A stretch of 64,000 nt of DNA from an uncultured Acidobacteriota bacterium (GCA_963713825.1 CAVQNG010000003.1:384001-448000), one strand, 5' to 3'. Positions 9,711 through 20,630 are shown, counted from the first letter of the stretch. Made by a program: numbers and translations. Notes: generated by a model from the sequence alone, not told the origin.

Positions 9711-11216
9711 CTACCGTTGGGGAGCTGGAGTCTCGAGAAGGATGTGAAGCAGGTTGTTCTGGAAGGTCGGATTGCCCAGCAGGGTGCGGTGCATATCCGT
9801 CAGGAAGATCTTCCGGTTCCACGGAATGGGCGAGCTGACGAATCCCGTGTCGCCACCGAGAAGCCGCTCGTCGGCTACTGCAGAGGCGCGGGTGACGGAA
9901 CCGTCGCCCGGAGCCTTGAGAGTCAGGGCCTTCGTGTTGTCGAAACGCAACACCAGCTTGCCGTCTTTCTCGGTCACCCACGCTCTTGCCGGCGTCGGCT
10001 GCACATCGGCGGCAAACAGGGTGAGCTCTGCGGGACAGGGCTCATCGGCGTGCTGGTCCATGACTCCGAAAAACTGACGGGCTCTTGTAAAAGCCGCTTC
10101 CATGAAATCGCGAATCTTCTTCTCGCGCTCCTGCGCGGAAGGCTCCCCAGGAAAGACCCACGCCAGATACTTGTCTTGTCCGGGAGCAAAGGGTCCCCAG
10201 TCATTCTCGAACCAGGTTTGGGCTGAGAGGAAATCGATCTCGATGGCATCGCCCGCCGCATCCACCCAGACCTTCTGCCCCTCTCTGGGCACCATCTGGT
10301 AGGCGGATACCCAGGTCGCGATCATGGCGGGCTCGAATTTGATCCACGGATAGCGCCGACCGAGGACCATCTCCTTGAAGACCCGCATGGAACCGAAGTT
10401 GGGTGTCGAAATCATGATCAGCCGGTCCAGGTAGTCGGCTCCGGCCCAGGTCACAGTGGGTTTCGGGTCCTCCAGAACGTCTTCCGCTCCGTATCGCAGG
10501 AAGTACCGGGCCACCAGCCCCCCCATGGAGTGGGCGATAAGGTCGAACCGGACTTCCTCGTTGCCTCCTGTGCCTGCAGAGCTCGCGACCTCGGCTATCT
10601 GCTGACGCGCCTTTTCGAGGAACCGTCCCAGTCGAATCGCATTGCCCACGTTGTCCTGGCGCCAGTCATAGAAGAAGGTCAAGCAGGGCGGGGTCTCGAG
10701 ATTCGCGATCGCTGTCGGATTTTCCTGGCATGAGCCATAGCCGGACTCCTCCATCAACTCGACCAGCGCCGCGTAGATGCCGATGTTGACATCCATCACG
10801 CCGGCATCGGCTGTGACTTCCTGGAGTAGCCCGACGGCCTGGGTGTCGTCTTCGATGAAAGCCAAGCGGCCCGGATCCAGCGGAGGCTGCAGCCGATCGA
10901 CGTCCAGGGCGATGGCCTCCAGGCCACCCGGTTTCGAAGGCAGCAGAGAGTTTTTCGTAAAGAGGGTTCCCCAAACCGTGGCGCCATCCTCGACTCGACG
11001 CAGCGTGGAGCCGGCGAAGCCGTGAATCAGCACCACCGGGTTGCGCTGCGCGTTGGGCAGGGCGGCTTTATAGATGGCCTCCATATCCGAGCTCGGATAT
11101 TGAGCCGCTACCTGACGAGCCGTCTTGCACCCTGCGCTGAGGACGGCCGTGAGCAGCAGAACCGCCACGGCTAGAGCACGCTGTTTGGCTTTCGCTGAGA
11201 CCACCGGCAACATCAC
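9711..11216 (-). CDS. Lipase/LCAT-like alpha/beta hydrolase lipoprotein
   Basis: LSAGC lipobox, IHGFAGS, YDWR, AHSMGG, GDGSV, late His. Confidence 0.8.
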   Translation of the reverse strand: MMLPVVSAKAKQRALAVAVLLLTAVLSAGCKTARQVAAQYPSSDMEAIYKAALPNAQRNPVVLIHGFAGSTLRRVEDGATVWGTLFTKNSLLPSKPGGLEAIALDVDRLQPPLDPGRLAFIEDDTQAVGLLQEVTADAGVMDVNIGIYAALVELMEESGYGSCQENPTAIANLETPPCLTFFYDWRQDNVGNAIRLGRFLEKARQQIAEVASSAGTGGNEEVRFDLIAHSMGGLVARYFLRYGAEDVLEDPKPTVTWAGADYLDRLIMISTPNFGSMRVFKEMVLGRRYPWIKFEPAMIATWVSAYQMVPREGQKVWVDAAGDAIEIDFLSAQTWFENDWGPFAPGQDKYLAWVFPGEPSAQEREKKIRDFMEAAFTRARQFFGVMDQHADEPCPAELTLFAADVQPTPARAWVTEKDGKLVLRFDNTKALTLKAPGDGSVTRASAVADERLLGGDTGFVSSPIPWNRKIFLTDMHRTLLGNPTFQNNLLHILLETPAPQR

Positions 11217-11289
11217 TTCCTCTCCCGGTCAACCTCTTCCCCGGGGCGGGCCCAGATGCTAGCAGCAACGGCATGGCCGATCAGAACGT

Positions 11290-11517
11290 CCTGCCCCCCC
11301 GGCGATGCCGACTGCGACGAGGTTCGAACGGTCTGGAACGGCATGAACGACCGACGGCGTGTACTCCAACTACATGGATGGCGACGAAGATGGGCGCGCG
11401 GTGGCGGCCTTTGCAGACAACCTGGAGCGACTGAAGGTCATCAAGGCGAAGTACGATCCGGACAACTTCTTCAACGCCAACCAGAACATCGTCCCGGTCG
11501 CGACGGCCGTCGACTAG
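11290..11517 (+). pseudogene. Internally deleted relic of a FAD-binding (BBE-family) oxidoreductase
   Basis: PGDADCDEVRTVWNGMNDRR (N-terminal motif) joined out of frame to GVYSNYMD...NLERLKVIKAKYDPDNFFNANQNI (BBE C-terminus). Confidence 0.75.
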
Positions 11518-11633
11518 GTCGGCACCTGTTTCGACCCCTCACAAACTCGTGTGGCACCGAGATTCGTCCTCTGGCCATCGAGACAAATCGGGGGCTTCAC
11601 CAACAGGCGGATGCGCTACAATCCGCTGCACAC

Positions 11634-14096
11634 GTGATTGGACAAACGCTTTCTCACTACAAAATCACCGGCAAGCTGGGCGAAGGCGGTATGGGGGCGG
11701 TCTATCGAGCCCAGGACTCCGAGCTCGACCGCGAAGTAGCCCTCAAGGTTCTGCCTGCCGAGATGGCGGAAGATTCTGATCGGCTCGAGCGCTTCCAACG
11801 CGAGGCCAAGGCGGTCGCTGCTCTCAATCATCCCAACATCATCACCATCCACTCGATCGAATCTGCCGTAATCGAGGAAGAAGTCGGAGAGGAGAGCTCC
11901 GCCGCCTCGAGAACAGTTCATTTCATGACCATGGAGCTGATCGATGGCGACAGCCTCGATGGCCTACTGCCGCCAGGCGGCCTATCGCTATCGAGGACAT
12001 TCGACATCGCGATTCCACTCGCCGAAGCTCTGACGGTGGCCCACGAGAAGGGCATCGTTCACCGGGATCTCAAGCCGGCGAACGTCATGCTGACCAGAGA
12101 TGGGAGGGTCAAGGTACTGGATTTCGGGCTGGCCAAACTGGCTGCTGGGGGAGACCCGGCCGCAGACGGTGAGGCCACCGAGATGGCGACTCGAACAGCC
12201 CTCACTCGGGAAGGCGTGGTCATGGGCACTGCGCCCTATATGTCGCCAGAGCAGGTGCAGGGTGAACGGGTCGATCAGCGCACAGACATCTTTTCGCTGG
12301 GAATCGTGCTCTACGAGATGGTCACCGGACAGCGGCCCTTTCAAGGCAGCAACTCTGCGGCATTGGTGTCCAGCATTCTGAAAGACACTCCGCCCCCAGC
12401 CATCGAGGTGCGCACCGACTTACCGCGCCACCTGGGCCGGATCATCCAGCGCTGTCTGGAGAAGGAGCCCCGGGAGCGCTATCAAACAGCCCTCGATGTG
12501 GGAAACGAGTTGAAGGGGATCCGCAAGGAGTTGGAATCGGGCGAGCTCTCCAAGGCGAGTGGGACGCAACCGGCAGCACCGCAGTCTGCCGAGGTCTCAG
12601 CGGCGACAACCGCACACTCCGACTCGATGCCACAGGTCCATGCACCTCGTCGTGGTCTTTGGGCAGCAGTGGCGGCTGCAGTAGTCGTGCTGGTGCTGGC
12701 CGTTGGCTGGTGGCTCGGCCGTGGCTCTGGGCCCGATCGACCAGCGAGCGAATCAACCGATCGAGCCACGGGTTCCGCCTCGACCATGGCGACCAGACCC
12801 TCGACCGAGCCCTCAGTCGCAGTGCTGCCCTTCGCCGACTTGAGCCCGAACAAGGACCAGGAGTACTTCACGGACGGGTTGACCGAAGAGCTCATCCAGG
12901 CTCTCGCCAAGGTCGAAGGGCTCCAGATTCCTGCCCGCACTTCGGTCTTTGCTCTCAAGGGCACCAACCTGAGTGTCCAGGAGATCGGCGATCGCCTGGG
13001 TGTCGAGAACGTCCTCGAAGGCAGTGTCCGCAAGTCGGGGAATCAGCTGCGCATCAGCGCCCAATTGATCAAGACGTCGGACGGTTTCAACCTCTGGTCC
13101 GAGACCTACGACCGTGAGCTCGAAGATGTCTTCTCGATTCAGGACGAGATCGCGAGCAACATCGTCGGGGCTCTACAGCTGACCCTGAGTCCAGGCGAGA
13201 AGAGGGGGATTCAAGCCGAGCGCACTGCCGACGTCAGGGCGTACGACCTCTACCTGCGGGGCAGGGGATTCTTTCGGCGACGCACGATCGAGGGCTTTCA
13301 GTCGGCCCGTGATTTCTTCTCCGATGCCATCGAGCTGGACCCGGAGTTTGCCGCAGCCTACGCCGGACTGGCGGACACCTACACCGAGATCTGGACCAAC
13401 TACGAGGGGACCGACGAGAACCTGGCCAAGGCGGAGGAAGCGAGTCGAAAGGCAATCGAGCTCGATCCCAACCTCGCGGAGGCTCACGTGGCACGAGGCT
13501 ATGCCCTCGGGCGACAGCAGTACGGAGAGGCCGAGCGGGAGTTTCAGATCGCCATCGAGCTCAACCCAGGGCTCTTCGAAGCCTATTATTCCTATGGTCT
13601 TTCCGCCTTCGCGCAGGGAGAAATGGAGAAGGCGGCCCAGATGCTGGAAAAGGCCCATGAGGTCGCTCCGGAGGACGAAAGAGCCCTGCGACTTCTGCCT
13701 CAGGTCTACCGCAGCCTCGGCCGTCTGGAAGATGCGAGCAAGGCCAACGAACGCCGACTGGTTCTGGCGGAGAAGCGCCTCGAGCTCCATCCCGAGGATG
13801 TCTATACCCTCCTCGACGGAGCGTACTCGCTGGCCGATCTCGGCAAACGGGAGCGTAGCTTGGAGTGGGCTGCCCGGGTGTTGGAGGCGCAAACGGACGA
13901 CGGTCTGATTCTCTACAACCTCGGCTGTTTCTTCTCCATCGCCGGCGAAGCCGAGCCTGCTCTCGATGCACTGGAGAGGTCCTACGAGGCGGGATTGTCC
14001 GACCCCGATTGGATGGCCCAGGACAGCGACCTCGACAACATCCGCGACCAGCCCCGGTACAAGGCTCTCGTCGAGCGCATGGAAGCCGACAGGTAG
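11634..14096 (+). CDS. Ser/Thr kinase + TM + TolB-like + TPR
   Basis: GTG start aligned with the paralogues (IGQTLSHYKIT), complete kinase motifs, SVAVLPFADLS, TPRs. Confidence 0.9.
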   Translation: MIGQTLSHYKITGKLGEGGMGAVYRAQDSELDREVALKVLPAEMAEDSDRLERFQREAKAVAALNHPNIITIHSIESAVIEEEVGEESSAASRTVHFMTMELIDGDSLDGLLPPGGLSLSRTFDIAIPLAEALTVAHEKGIVHRDLKPANVMLTRDGRVKVLDFGLAKLAAGGDPAADGEATEMATRTALTREGVVMGTAPYMSPEQVQGERVDQRTDIFSLGIVLYEMVTGQRPFQGSNSAALVSSILKDTPPPAIEVRTDLPRHLGRIIQRCLEKEPRERYQTALDVGNELKGIRKELESGELSKASGTQPAAPQSAEVSAATTAHSDSMPQVHAPRRGLWAAVAAAVVVLVLAVGWWLGRGSGPDRPASESTDRATGSASTMATRPSTEPSVAVLPFADLSPNKDQEYFTDGLTEELIQALAKVEGLQIPARTSVFALKGTNLSVQEIGDRLGVENVLEGSVRKSGNQLRISAQLIKTSDGFNLWSETYDRELEDVFSIQDEIASNIVGALQLTLSPGEKRGIQAERTADVRAYDLYLRGRGFFRRRTIEGFQSARDFFSDAIELDPEFAAAYAGLADTYTEIWTNYEGTDENLAKAEEASRKAIELDPNLAEAHVARGYALGRQQYGEAEREFQIAIELNPGLFEAYYSYGLSAFAQGEMEKAAQMLEKAHEVAPEDERALRLLPQVYRSLGRLEDASKANERRLVLAEKRLELHPEDVYTLLDGAYSLADLGKRERSLEWAARVLEAQTDDGLILYNLGCFFSIAGEAEPALDALERSYEAGLSDPDWMAQDSDLDNIRDQPRYKALVERMEADR

Positions 14097-14318
14097 AGAG
14101 CGTCTGATCGGGCGAACGCTCCGGGCTCGCTCTGGAGACGCAGCATTTTCCTGACTCTCCCAACCAACCTGGCTTCCCTTCAACGGTGTTGCTTCCCGGA
14201 GAGACGTACGAAACCACGACAATCTTCGCGCTCTCCGCGCATCGAAGCGCACCACCCGAACCCTGAAGAGAGTCTAGGACCGAGCCATAGCTGGTCGAGC
14301 CGGAGACCGGCCGGTCGA

Positions 14319-15008
14319 TCAGTCCTCCGTGCCGCCGATGAACTTGTAAACGGCCGCTCCCAGGAAGGCACCCGCGATTGGAGCGACCCAGAAGAGCCAC
14401 AACTGGGCAGTCGCCCAATCGCCGACAAACAGAGCAACACCGGTGCTCCGCGCTGGGTTGACCGATGTGTTGGTGACCGGGATGCTGATCAGGTGGATCA
14501 GGGTCAGCCCTAGACCGATGGCCAAGGGAGCGAAGCCTTGAGGTGCTCGCTTGTCCGTTGCACCGAGAATGATGACCAAAAACGCCATGGTCATGACGAC
14601 TTCACAAACCAGGGCAGCCAGCAAGGTGTAACCGCCTGGAGAGTGGGCGCCGTAACCATTGGAAGCGAAACCGTCGGACAAGCTGAAGCCGGCTTGACCG
14701 CTGGCAATGACATAGAGGACACCGCCCGCGACGACAGCACCCAGGACCTGCGCGATGATGTACGGCAGGAGTTGCTTCGCCTCGAACCGACCACCGGCCC
14801 ACAGCCCGATCGAAACCGCCGGATTGAGGTGGCAACCTGAAATGTGCCCAATCGCGTAGGCCATCGTGAGTACCGTCAGGCCAAAGGCGAACGCGACACC
14901 TAGCAGGCCAATCCCCACTTCGGGAAAAGCAGCGGCCAACACCGCACTGCCGCAGCCGCCCAGAACCAACCAGAACGTTCCAAAGAACTCCGCGCCGTAA
15001 GCCTTCAT
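14319..15008 (-). CDS. aqpZ: Aquaporin Z
   Basis: [38 protein letters not shown]; GAGGAGGAG RBS. Confidence 0.96.
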   Translation of the reverse strand: MKAYGAEFFGTFWLVLGGCGSAVLAAAFPEVGIGLLGVAFAFGLTVLTMAYAIGHISGCHLNPAVSIGLWAGGRFEAKQLLPYIIAQVLGAVVAGGVLYVIASGQAGFSLSDGFASNGYGAHSPGGYTLLAALVCEVVMTMAFLVIILGATDKRAPQGFAPLAIGLGLTLIHLISIPVTNTSVNPARSTGVALFVGDWATAQLWLFWVAPIAGAFLGAAVYKFIGGTED

Positions 15009-15264
15009 CGTCTCCTCCTCCCGGTTGTTGAAGAACGGGCCCATTCTAACCGTGTCGGCACCTGAGCCGAGGGTCTTGGAGCAGCAACTCCTCCCTCGGG
15101 GCCCGTCCGGTCAGTTTTCAAAGGAAGATCGCGAACTGCGGAGAATTCACCCTCGCGACGCGTTTCCAGACAGGACGGGGTTCACGCCCGAGACCGCCAG
15201 TAACTCTGGCGGACCTACCCATGCGGACGGTTCGTCATCGGGGATAATCTGATACGCAGACGTC

Positions 15265-16545
15265 ATGAGCTCTCGGCTTCGATGCCTCGCCCTGATCACC
15301 GGCCTCCTGCTGGGTTCGGAAGCGTTCGCCCAGGCAGTTCTGACTCTGGAGCTCGACTACTCGAATCCCGGTGCTCGGAGTCTCGGTTTTGGGGGGGCGT
15401 TCGTTGGCCTGGCCGATGACGCCACCGCGGCCTACGCCAACCCGGCTGGTCTGGTCCAACTCTCGCGTCCGGAGATCTCGATCGAGGGGCGGTCCTGGAG
15501 CTACGCGACGCCCTATGTCTACGGCGGCCGTGCCAGTGGCGCCCCCACGGGGATCGGCATCGACACGACACCAGAATTGCGTTGGAGAGATTCAACGGCC
15601 GACTTCACCGGCCTTTCGTTTCTCTCCTACGTCCATCCCCTGAAGAAGTGGTCGCTGGCAATCTACCGCCATCAACTAGCCAGATTCGCGTCGTCCTACT
15701 CCACCAACGGACTCTTCGCCGAGGGCTCGACCTATCTCGATACCGACCGCTGGATCGACAGGCCCGGCTCCACCGACCTCGGTGTGGTCAGCTGGGGCTT
15801 CGCCGCCGCTCGCCGCATCAACGACTCGTTCAGCCTGGGCTTGACAGTCACCTACCTGGAAGTCGACCTCGATCTCGAGACCATCGCCTATCTTCCCGAC
15901 AGCGACACCCTGGAATCCTTCTTTTCGACCAACTCCTACCTCCCAGAGCGGTCGGCGTGGCGCACCTCGACGCGAGCGCACGACTCGGGCGAGGGGGCGA
16001 CTCTCGGATTTCTGTGGCAGCCAGCCAAGCGCTGGAGAGTGGGTGGCTTCGCGCATACGGGTTTCGACGTCCTCGCACGCTGGGATGGCTGGCTCGGACC
16101 CGCCTACACACCTGACAACCCGGGGGAGTGGAATTTTACCGGCCGCTGGGAGTTCCCACCGGTGGTCGGCCTGGGCTGTGCCTACACCTCCCGAGACGGA
16201 CGTGCCACCCTGAGCTTCGAGTGGGACTACGTGGCCGCTCTCTTCGAGGGAGATCCCGACGAGGCGATTCCCGACGTTCACGAGCTTCACCTGGGTGGCG
16301 AGTACGCCTTTCTGCAGAGTCGTCCCGTCCTCGCCGTGCGGCTCGGCGTCTGGCTCGACCCAGACCATCGTGTCCACTCCACAGTCGATGACGATCTATT
16401 CAGCGCGGTCCTCTCCCCCGGATCCGACACTCTCCACTACGCTGTCGGCCTCGGCGCTGCCTTCGAACGCGTTCAACTCGATCTGGCGGCGGATTTCTCG
16501 GATCTCCGCGACACTCTCTCGCTATCGGCGATCTTCTCGTTCTGA
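15265..16545 (+). CDS. OmpP1/FadL/TodX family outer-membrane channel
   Basis: Signal peptide, GARSLGFGGAFVGLADDATAAYANPAGL hatch motif, C-terminal Phe. Confidence 0.82.
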   Translation: MSSRLRCLALITGLLLGSEAFAQAVLTLELDYSNPGARSLGFGGAFVGLADDATAAYANPAGLVQLSRPEISIEGRSWSYATPYVYGGRASGAPTGIGIDTTPELRWRDSTADFTGLSFLSYVHPLKKWSLAIYRHQLARFASSYSTNGLFAEGSTYLDTDRWIDRPGSTDLGVVSWGFAAARRINDSFSLGLTVTYLEVDLDLETIAYLPDSDTLESFFSTNSYLPERSAWRTSTRAHDSGEGATLGFLWQPAKRWRVGGFAHTGFDVLARWDGWLGPAYTPDNPGEWNFTGRWEFPPVVGLGCAYTSRDGRATLSFEWDYVAALFEGDPDEAIPDVHELHLGGEYAFLQSRPVLAVRLGVWLDPDHRVHSTVDDDLFSAVLSPGSDTLHYAVGLGAAFERVQLDLAADFSDLRDTLSLSAIFSF

Positions 16546-16556
16546 TCTTCTGCTGC

Positions 16557-18296
16557 CTACTCTTGATCCGTCCTGACAAACGCCAGGCCTCGGACCATGT
16601 CGCAGCTCAGGCTCAATCCCGTCACCTGATTGGAATCGTCTCGCTCGAGCAGAATCCGCACGTCCTGCGGATACCAGGGAACGGCAACAAAATGCCGGGC
16701 CAGGAGGTCATCAGGTCCGATCTGGACCGTCGGCGCAACAAGAGCATCGTCAGCCCATCCCAGGTGAATCCTCCCATCCTCGACCTGGAGCCGCAGCTCT
16801 CTCTCGAGCTCGTCGCTCCAGTATCTGCCTGCATAATCGGCAAGCGAACCTACAGGCAAGGACTCGAGACGCTTGAACTGCGTCGGTTCCTGTTCCTCGA
16901 TGGTGACCGTCATCGAGCGGGCTTGGATCCCGTTTCCAGTCGCGAACTCCACTTCAACGTGCCCTCCAACGTCGATCATGACGAACCGACCCGCTTCGAG
17001 TGCACCGAGCTCGGTCGAGTTGTCCTCTCCCCGGACGTAGTGAAGCACGCCGTCGCGAACTTCGATTGTTCGCAAGAGCAGATCGGGCTCGCTCCAGTAG
17101 GTGCCTTCGTACTCCGCCAGGGCGTCGAGCGGCAGGTCGACAGTGCCCGGTGCCTCGGATTCGGACGGCCGCGATTCTGGGGTCGCAGGCGCAGCCTCTC
17201 GTGTCGCACCCCCCGGAAGGAGATCGGCAACGCTCGACACCGGCATGTCGATCGACGAGGCGTTGGAGAGGAAGATGACGGTCAGGCGTCGCTCTGGGAA
17301 CCGCGATACCTGGGCCCGATAGCCCATCCAGGCCCCGCCATGCTCGATCACTGCTTGGCCTCCATAGTCGGAGACGAACAGACCGGCAGCGTAGTCGGCG
17401 GACTTGCCATCATTGAGAGTCCCCGGCGTGACCATTCTCTCGATCAGCGCGGCGCCACCGCTCAGCTTGTTGTCGTAGAAGTTGGCGTCCCACAGGGCCA
17501 GATCCTGGATGGTCGTGTACAACCCCGAGGGGCCTGCGAACGGTAGATACCACAGCGCCATTTCATAGCTGCCATCCGGGCCGGTTGAGTAAGGGATGGC
17601 GCGATCCTTGATGATCTGCCCAGGGGTGTCCCAGTAGACCGTGTGGCTCATGCCCAGCGGGCGGAAGATCCGCTCGTCGGCAAACTCACGCAGCGTTTGG
17701 CCACTGACCCGCTCGACCATGTAGGCCAGCAGGAGATAGCCGGAGTTGCTGTACAGGAACTGGCTCCCGGGAGCGAAGTTGAGCTCCTTCTGGCGGGTGA
17801 TGAGTTCCAGTTGTCGCGCCGGCGGGTAGTAATTCGTGTAGTGCCATCCAGCCAGGGGAATCAGCGTCTCGATGTCGCGCATGCCGCTGGTGTGATGCAG
17901 AAGGTGCCGGATCGTGATTGGATGCTCGTACTCCGGCAACTCCGGAAAGTAGTCTCGGACGTCGTCATCGAGCGACAGCTTGCCATCCTGTTCGAGCAGC
18001 AGGATGCACATGGCCGTGAACTGCTTGGAGACCGAGCCGATCTCGAAGACCGAGCGTGGCGTCAGGGCGACACCACGTTCGAGGTCGGCCATGCCAAACG
18101 CGTTCTCGTAGACGATTCGACCGTCCTGGATGACCGCCGCGACGACCCCGGGAGCAGCGCTGTTGTTCCGATCCGCAAAGAGCTCATCAATCTGGTCCGA
18201 CAGTGTTGGAGTCGCGGGCTCCGCCCCGGCTCCCAGCGCGAGAAACACGCATCCAATAGCCAAACAGGCCCATACCCTCGAACGCAGTCTCTTCAT
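16557..18296 (-). CDS. Serine hydrolase, beta-lactamase-like/D-aminopeptidase-like family
   Basis: Signal peptide, SVSK (SxxK), LLHHTSG, YSN, HGG. Confidence 0.88.
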   Translation of the reverse strand: MKRLRSRVWACLAIGCVFLALGAGAEPATPTLSDQIDELFADRNNSAAPGVVAAVIQDGRIVYENAFGMADLERGVALTPRSVFEIGSVSKQFTAMCILLLEQDGKLSLDDDVRDYFPELPEYEHPITIRHLLHHTSGMRDIETLIPLAGWHYTNYYPPARQLELITRQKELNFAPGSQFLYSNSGYLLLAYMVERVSGQTLREFADERIFRPLGMSHTVYWDTPGQIIKDRAIPYSTGPDGSYEMALWYLPFAGPSGLYTTIQDLALWDANFYDNKLSGGAALIERMVTPGTLNDGKSADYAAGLFVSDYGGQAVIEHGGAWMGYRAQVSRFPERRLTVIFLSNASSIDMPVSSVADLLPGGATREAAPATPESRPSESEAPGTVDLPLDALAEYEGTYWSEPDLLLRTIEVRDGVLHYVRGEDNSTELGALEAGRFVMIDVGGHVEVEFATGNGIQARSMTVTIEEQEPTQFKRLESLPVGSLADYAGRYWSDELERELRLQVEDGRIHLGWADDALVAPTVQIGPDDLLARHFVAVPWYPQDVRILLERDDSNQVTGLSLSCDMVRGLAFVRTDQE

Positions 18297-18473
18297 CGAA
18301 TCCCCTCCAGGAAGATCGAGGACAAATCCTTTCAGTCCTCGAGATTCACTACGAGTCCCCGATAGCCAAAGTTGCGACGATGGTTCGGGGCTACGGACAA
18401 CCCGCCGCCCGAGATCATCGAGCGGCGGGGAAGTGAATGCAGGCCGAGAACTGAAGAACGACGTTGGTGTCGG

Positions 18474-20630
18474 TCACTCGTCTTCGTAGTAGCTTCCCGC
18501 AGCAGGGGTGAGACGCCGGGCTTGTCCAATGAGGGTCACGAGATCCTGCACTCCCCGGTCACCGCGGAAATCAGCGGCGACAACCGCCGCCCGCTGCTCG
18601 AGCCTGTCGAGGCTGCCATCTTTGGCCCAGTAGGAGCCCTTGAGGATCTCGGCGAACTCCGCGACCACCGAGCTGAGACGTAGAGCCGGCGAGGCGTTCT
18701 CCCAACGGTTGGAGATATTCCTTCGCGTCAGATCGACGGCAGTTTCGACGACCTCACCAGAAGCCTTGGAGCGATACCGCAGCCGCAGTATGGCCAGAAG
18801 GTCACGCTTGCCGACATCCTCCTGGAGCTTGATCTCATATAGCGCGGTGATCTCGTGGCCAACACCGATCTCACCGGCGTCGACGCTGTCGTCGCGAAAT
18901 CGATCGTCGGCAATGTCCCGGTTCTCGTAGCCGATCAGACGATACCGGCTTACCGTTTCGGGATTGAACTCGACCTGGACCTTCGCGTCGGAGGCGATGG
19001 TCTGCAGAGTCCCCGTGAGGTTCTCGACGAAGATCCGTCGGGCCTCGTCCAGGGTATCGACGTAGGCGTAAGAGCCGTCGCCCTGATCGGCGAGCTGTTC
19101 CATCAACAGATCGTTGTAGTTGCCCATGCCGAAACCAATCGTGGTGAGCTCGACACCCTGGTCGGCACCGTTCTGGATGCGTTGCAGGATCGATTCTGGC
19201 CCGGTACGGCCGACGTTGGCGACGCCATCCGAGCACAGGATGATTCGGTTTATGGCGCCCCGGCGCCGGTAGCTTCTGGCGAGATCGTAGGCCAACGTCA
19301 GACCCTCCTCGGCGTTGGTCGAGCCATTTGGAACGAGACGCTGGATCGACCGCTCGATGGCGTACTTGTCACTGGTCGGCTCGAGTAGTATCTGCCCCCG
19401 GCTGCCGTAGACCACCAGACCGACCTGATCCTCGGGCTGCAACTGATCGAGCAGAAGCTCCAGAGAGCGCTTGACCAGACCGAGCCGATTCTCCTGCTGC
19501 ATCGAACCCGAGACATCGACCACGAAGATCAGCATGGCGGGCTGGCGCTCTGCGTCACTGATCTCACGACCCTTGATTCCAAACCGAACCAGCTGGTAGC
19601 GCGGCCCGGCGGCGAAGGGCGATGGCCCTCCCTCAGCGGTGATGGTGAACTCACCCCGGCGAGGGGCTGGATCGCCATAGTCGAAGTAGTTGATGAACTC
19701 CTCGACCCGGATGGCCTCACTCGGCGGCAGGTGACCTCGCTCGAGATAGCTGCGTGCAAGGGTGAAGGAGCCCGTGTCGACATCGAGCCCAAAGGTCGAC
19801 TGCGCATCGTCTTCGGTGTCGATAAACGGATTGGTGCCGTAACCCTTGAAGAACATGTCTCCGAAGGGATCGTCGTTGGGCTCGCGGGTTCCGCCCGTCG
19901 AAGGTGAAACGGTTGACTGGCTCTCCGGCGGCACTTCTCGAACTCTCCTTTGAGGCGCGTCAAGCATTCGCAGTGCCTCACGCCCTTCCTGGCTGCCGAG
20001 GTAGCTGTCGGTATCGACCTCATAGAAGCGGCCTGCGCTGGTATCGGCCATGTTGGAAGATTTCAGCTCTTCGGCCATTTCCGCAGCGGTTGGGGTTTCT
20101 TGCGGACTTTGCGTCTCGCTTCGTTTTGGCTCGATCGCAGATTCCAGCTCCACCCGCTCCCCATGTTCGCTCTCCGAGACATAGCCGAGGGCTTTCAGTC
20201 GCGTCTGCTCTTCAGCGGCCGCGGGGGGTGGTGGCGACGATGCGCCTTCGGTATCCACCGTAGTGACTGGATCGGCCGGGTCTGCTTCTCTGGCGACTGG
20301 CTCGACGGCATCTCTTTCGATGACAACTGGATCGACCGGGCTTGTCTCGGTGACGACTCGGCCCTCTGGCGCTTCTCGGCCTCCCAGCTGCGGCATAGAG
20401 GACTTCAAGGTCACTTGGAGGGCTAAATAGCCGCCCAACACCACAACAGCGATCGAGGCAGCGATCAGGCGGAGACGTCGGGCAGAAAAGGTGGCCTCCC
20501 GTTCGTCCTCGACCAGGTGAAGGTGGTCGGGAATCTCTTTCTGGATGCTCTCCAGAAGCCCCTCAGGCGGCTCGGGAGCTGCCGGCGGCGTCAGGCGATC
20601 TTCTATTCTCTTCATTTCGTTGCTATTCAC
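18474..20630 (-). CDS. YfbK-like VWA protein with anti-sigma-like N-terminus
   Basis: STFGLDVDTGS, RVEEFINYFDY, DVSGS MIDAS, YRLIGYENR, DAGEIG; N-terminal TM; GTGA overlap with the sigma gene. Confidence 0.85.
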   Translation of the reverse strand: MNSNEMKRIEDRLTPPAAPEPPEGLLESIQKEIPDHLHLVEDEREATFSARRLRLIAASIAVVVLGGYLALQVTLKSSMPQLGGREAPEGRVVTETSPVDPVVIERDAVEPVAREADPADPVTTVDTEGASSPPPPAAAEEQTRLKALGYVSESEHGERVELESAIEPKRSETQSPQETPTAAEMAEELKSSNMADTSAGRFYEVDTDSYLGSQEGREALRMLDAPQRRVREVPPESQSTVSPSTGGTREPNDDPFGDMFFKGYGTNPFIDTEDDAQSTFGLDVDTGSFTLARSYLERGHLPPSEAIRVEEFINYFDYGDPAPRRGEFTITAEGGPSPFAAGPRYQLVRFGIKGREISDAERQPAMLIFVVDVSGSMQQENRLGLVKRSLELLLDQLQPEDQVGLVVYGSRGQILLEPTSDKYAIERSIQRLVPNGSTNAEEGLTLAYDLARSYRRRGAINRIILCSDGVANVGRTGPESILQRIQNGADQGVELTTIGFGMGNYNDLLMEQLADQGDGSYAYVDTLDEARRIFVENLTGTLQTIASDAKVQVEFNPETVSRYRLIGYENRDIADDRFRDDSVDAGEIGVGHEITALYEIKLQEDVGKRDLLAILRLRYRSKASGEVVETAVDLTRRNISNRWENASPALRLSSVVAEFAEILKGSYWAKDGSLDRLEQRAAVVAADFRGDRGVQDLVTLIGQARRLTPAAGSYYEDE

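Noticed and set aside
11256-11633. 126-aa N-terminal extension of the 946-aa kinase ORF
   Set aside because: It runs through the oxidase relic; paralogue alignment puts the start at GTG 11634.
14097-14318. Intergenic region checked for ncRNA or riboswitch
   Set aside because: Only short GC hairpins; no recognisable conserved RNA motif.
16557-18296. Antibiotic-resistance beta-lactamase
   Set aside because: The HGG third motif and C-terminal extra domains point to the general serine-hydrolase/D-aminopeptidase-like group.
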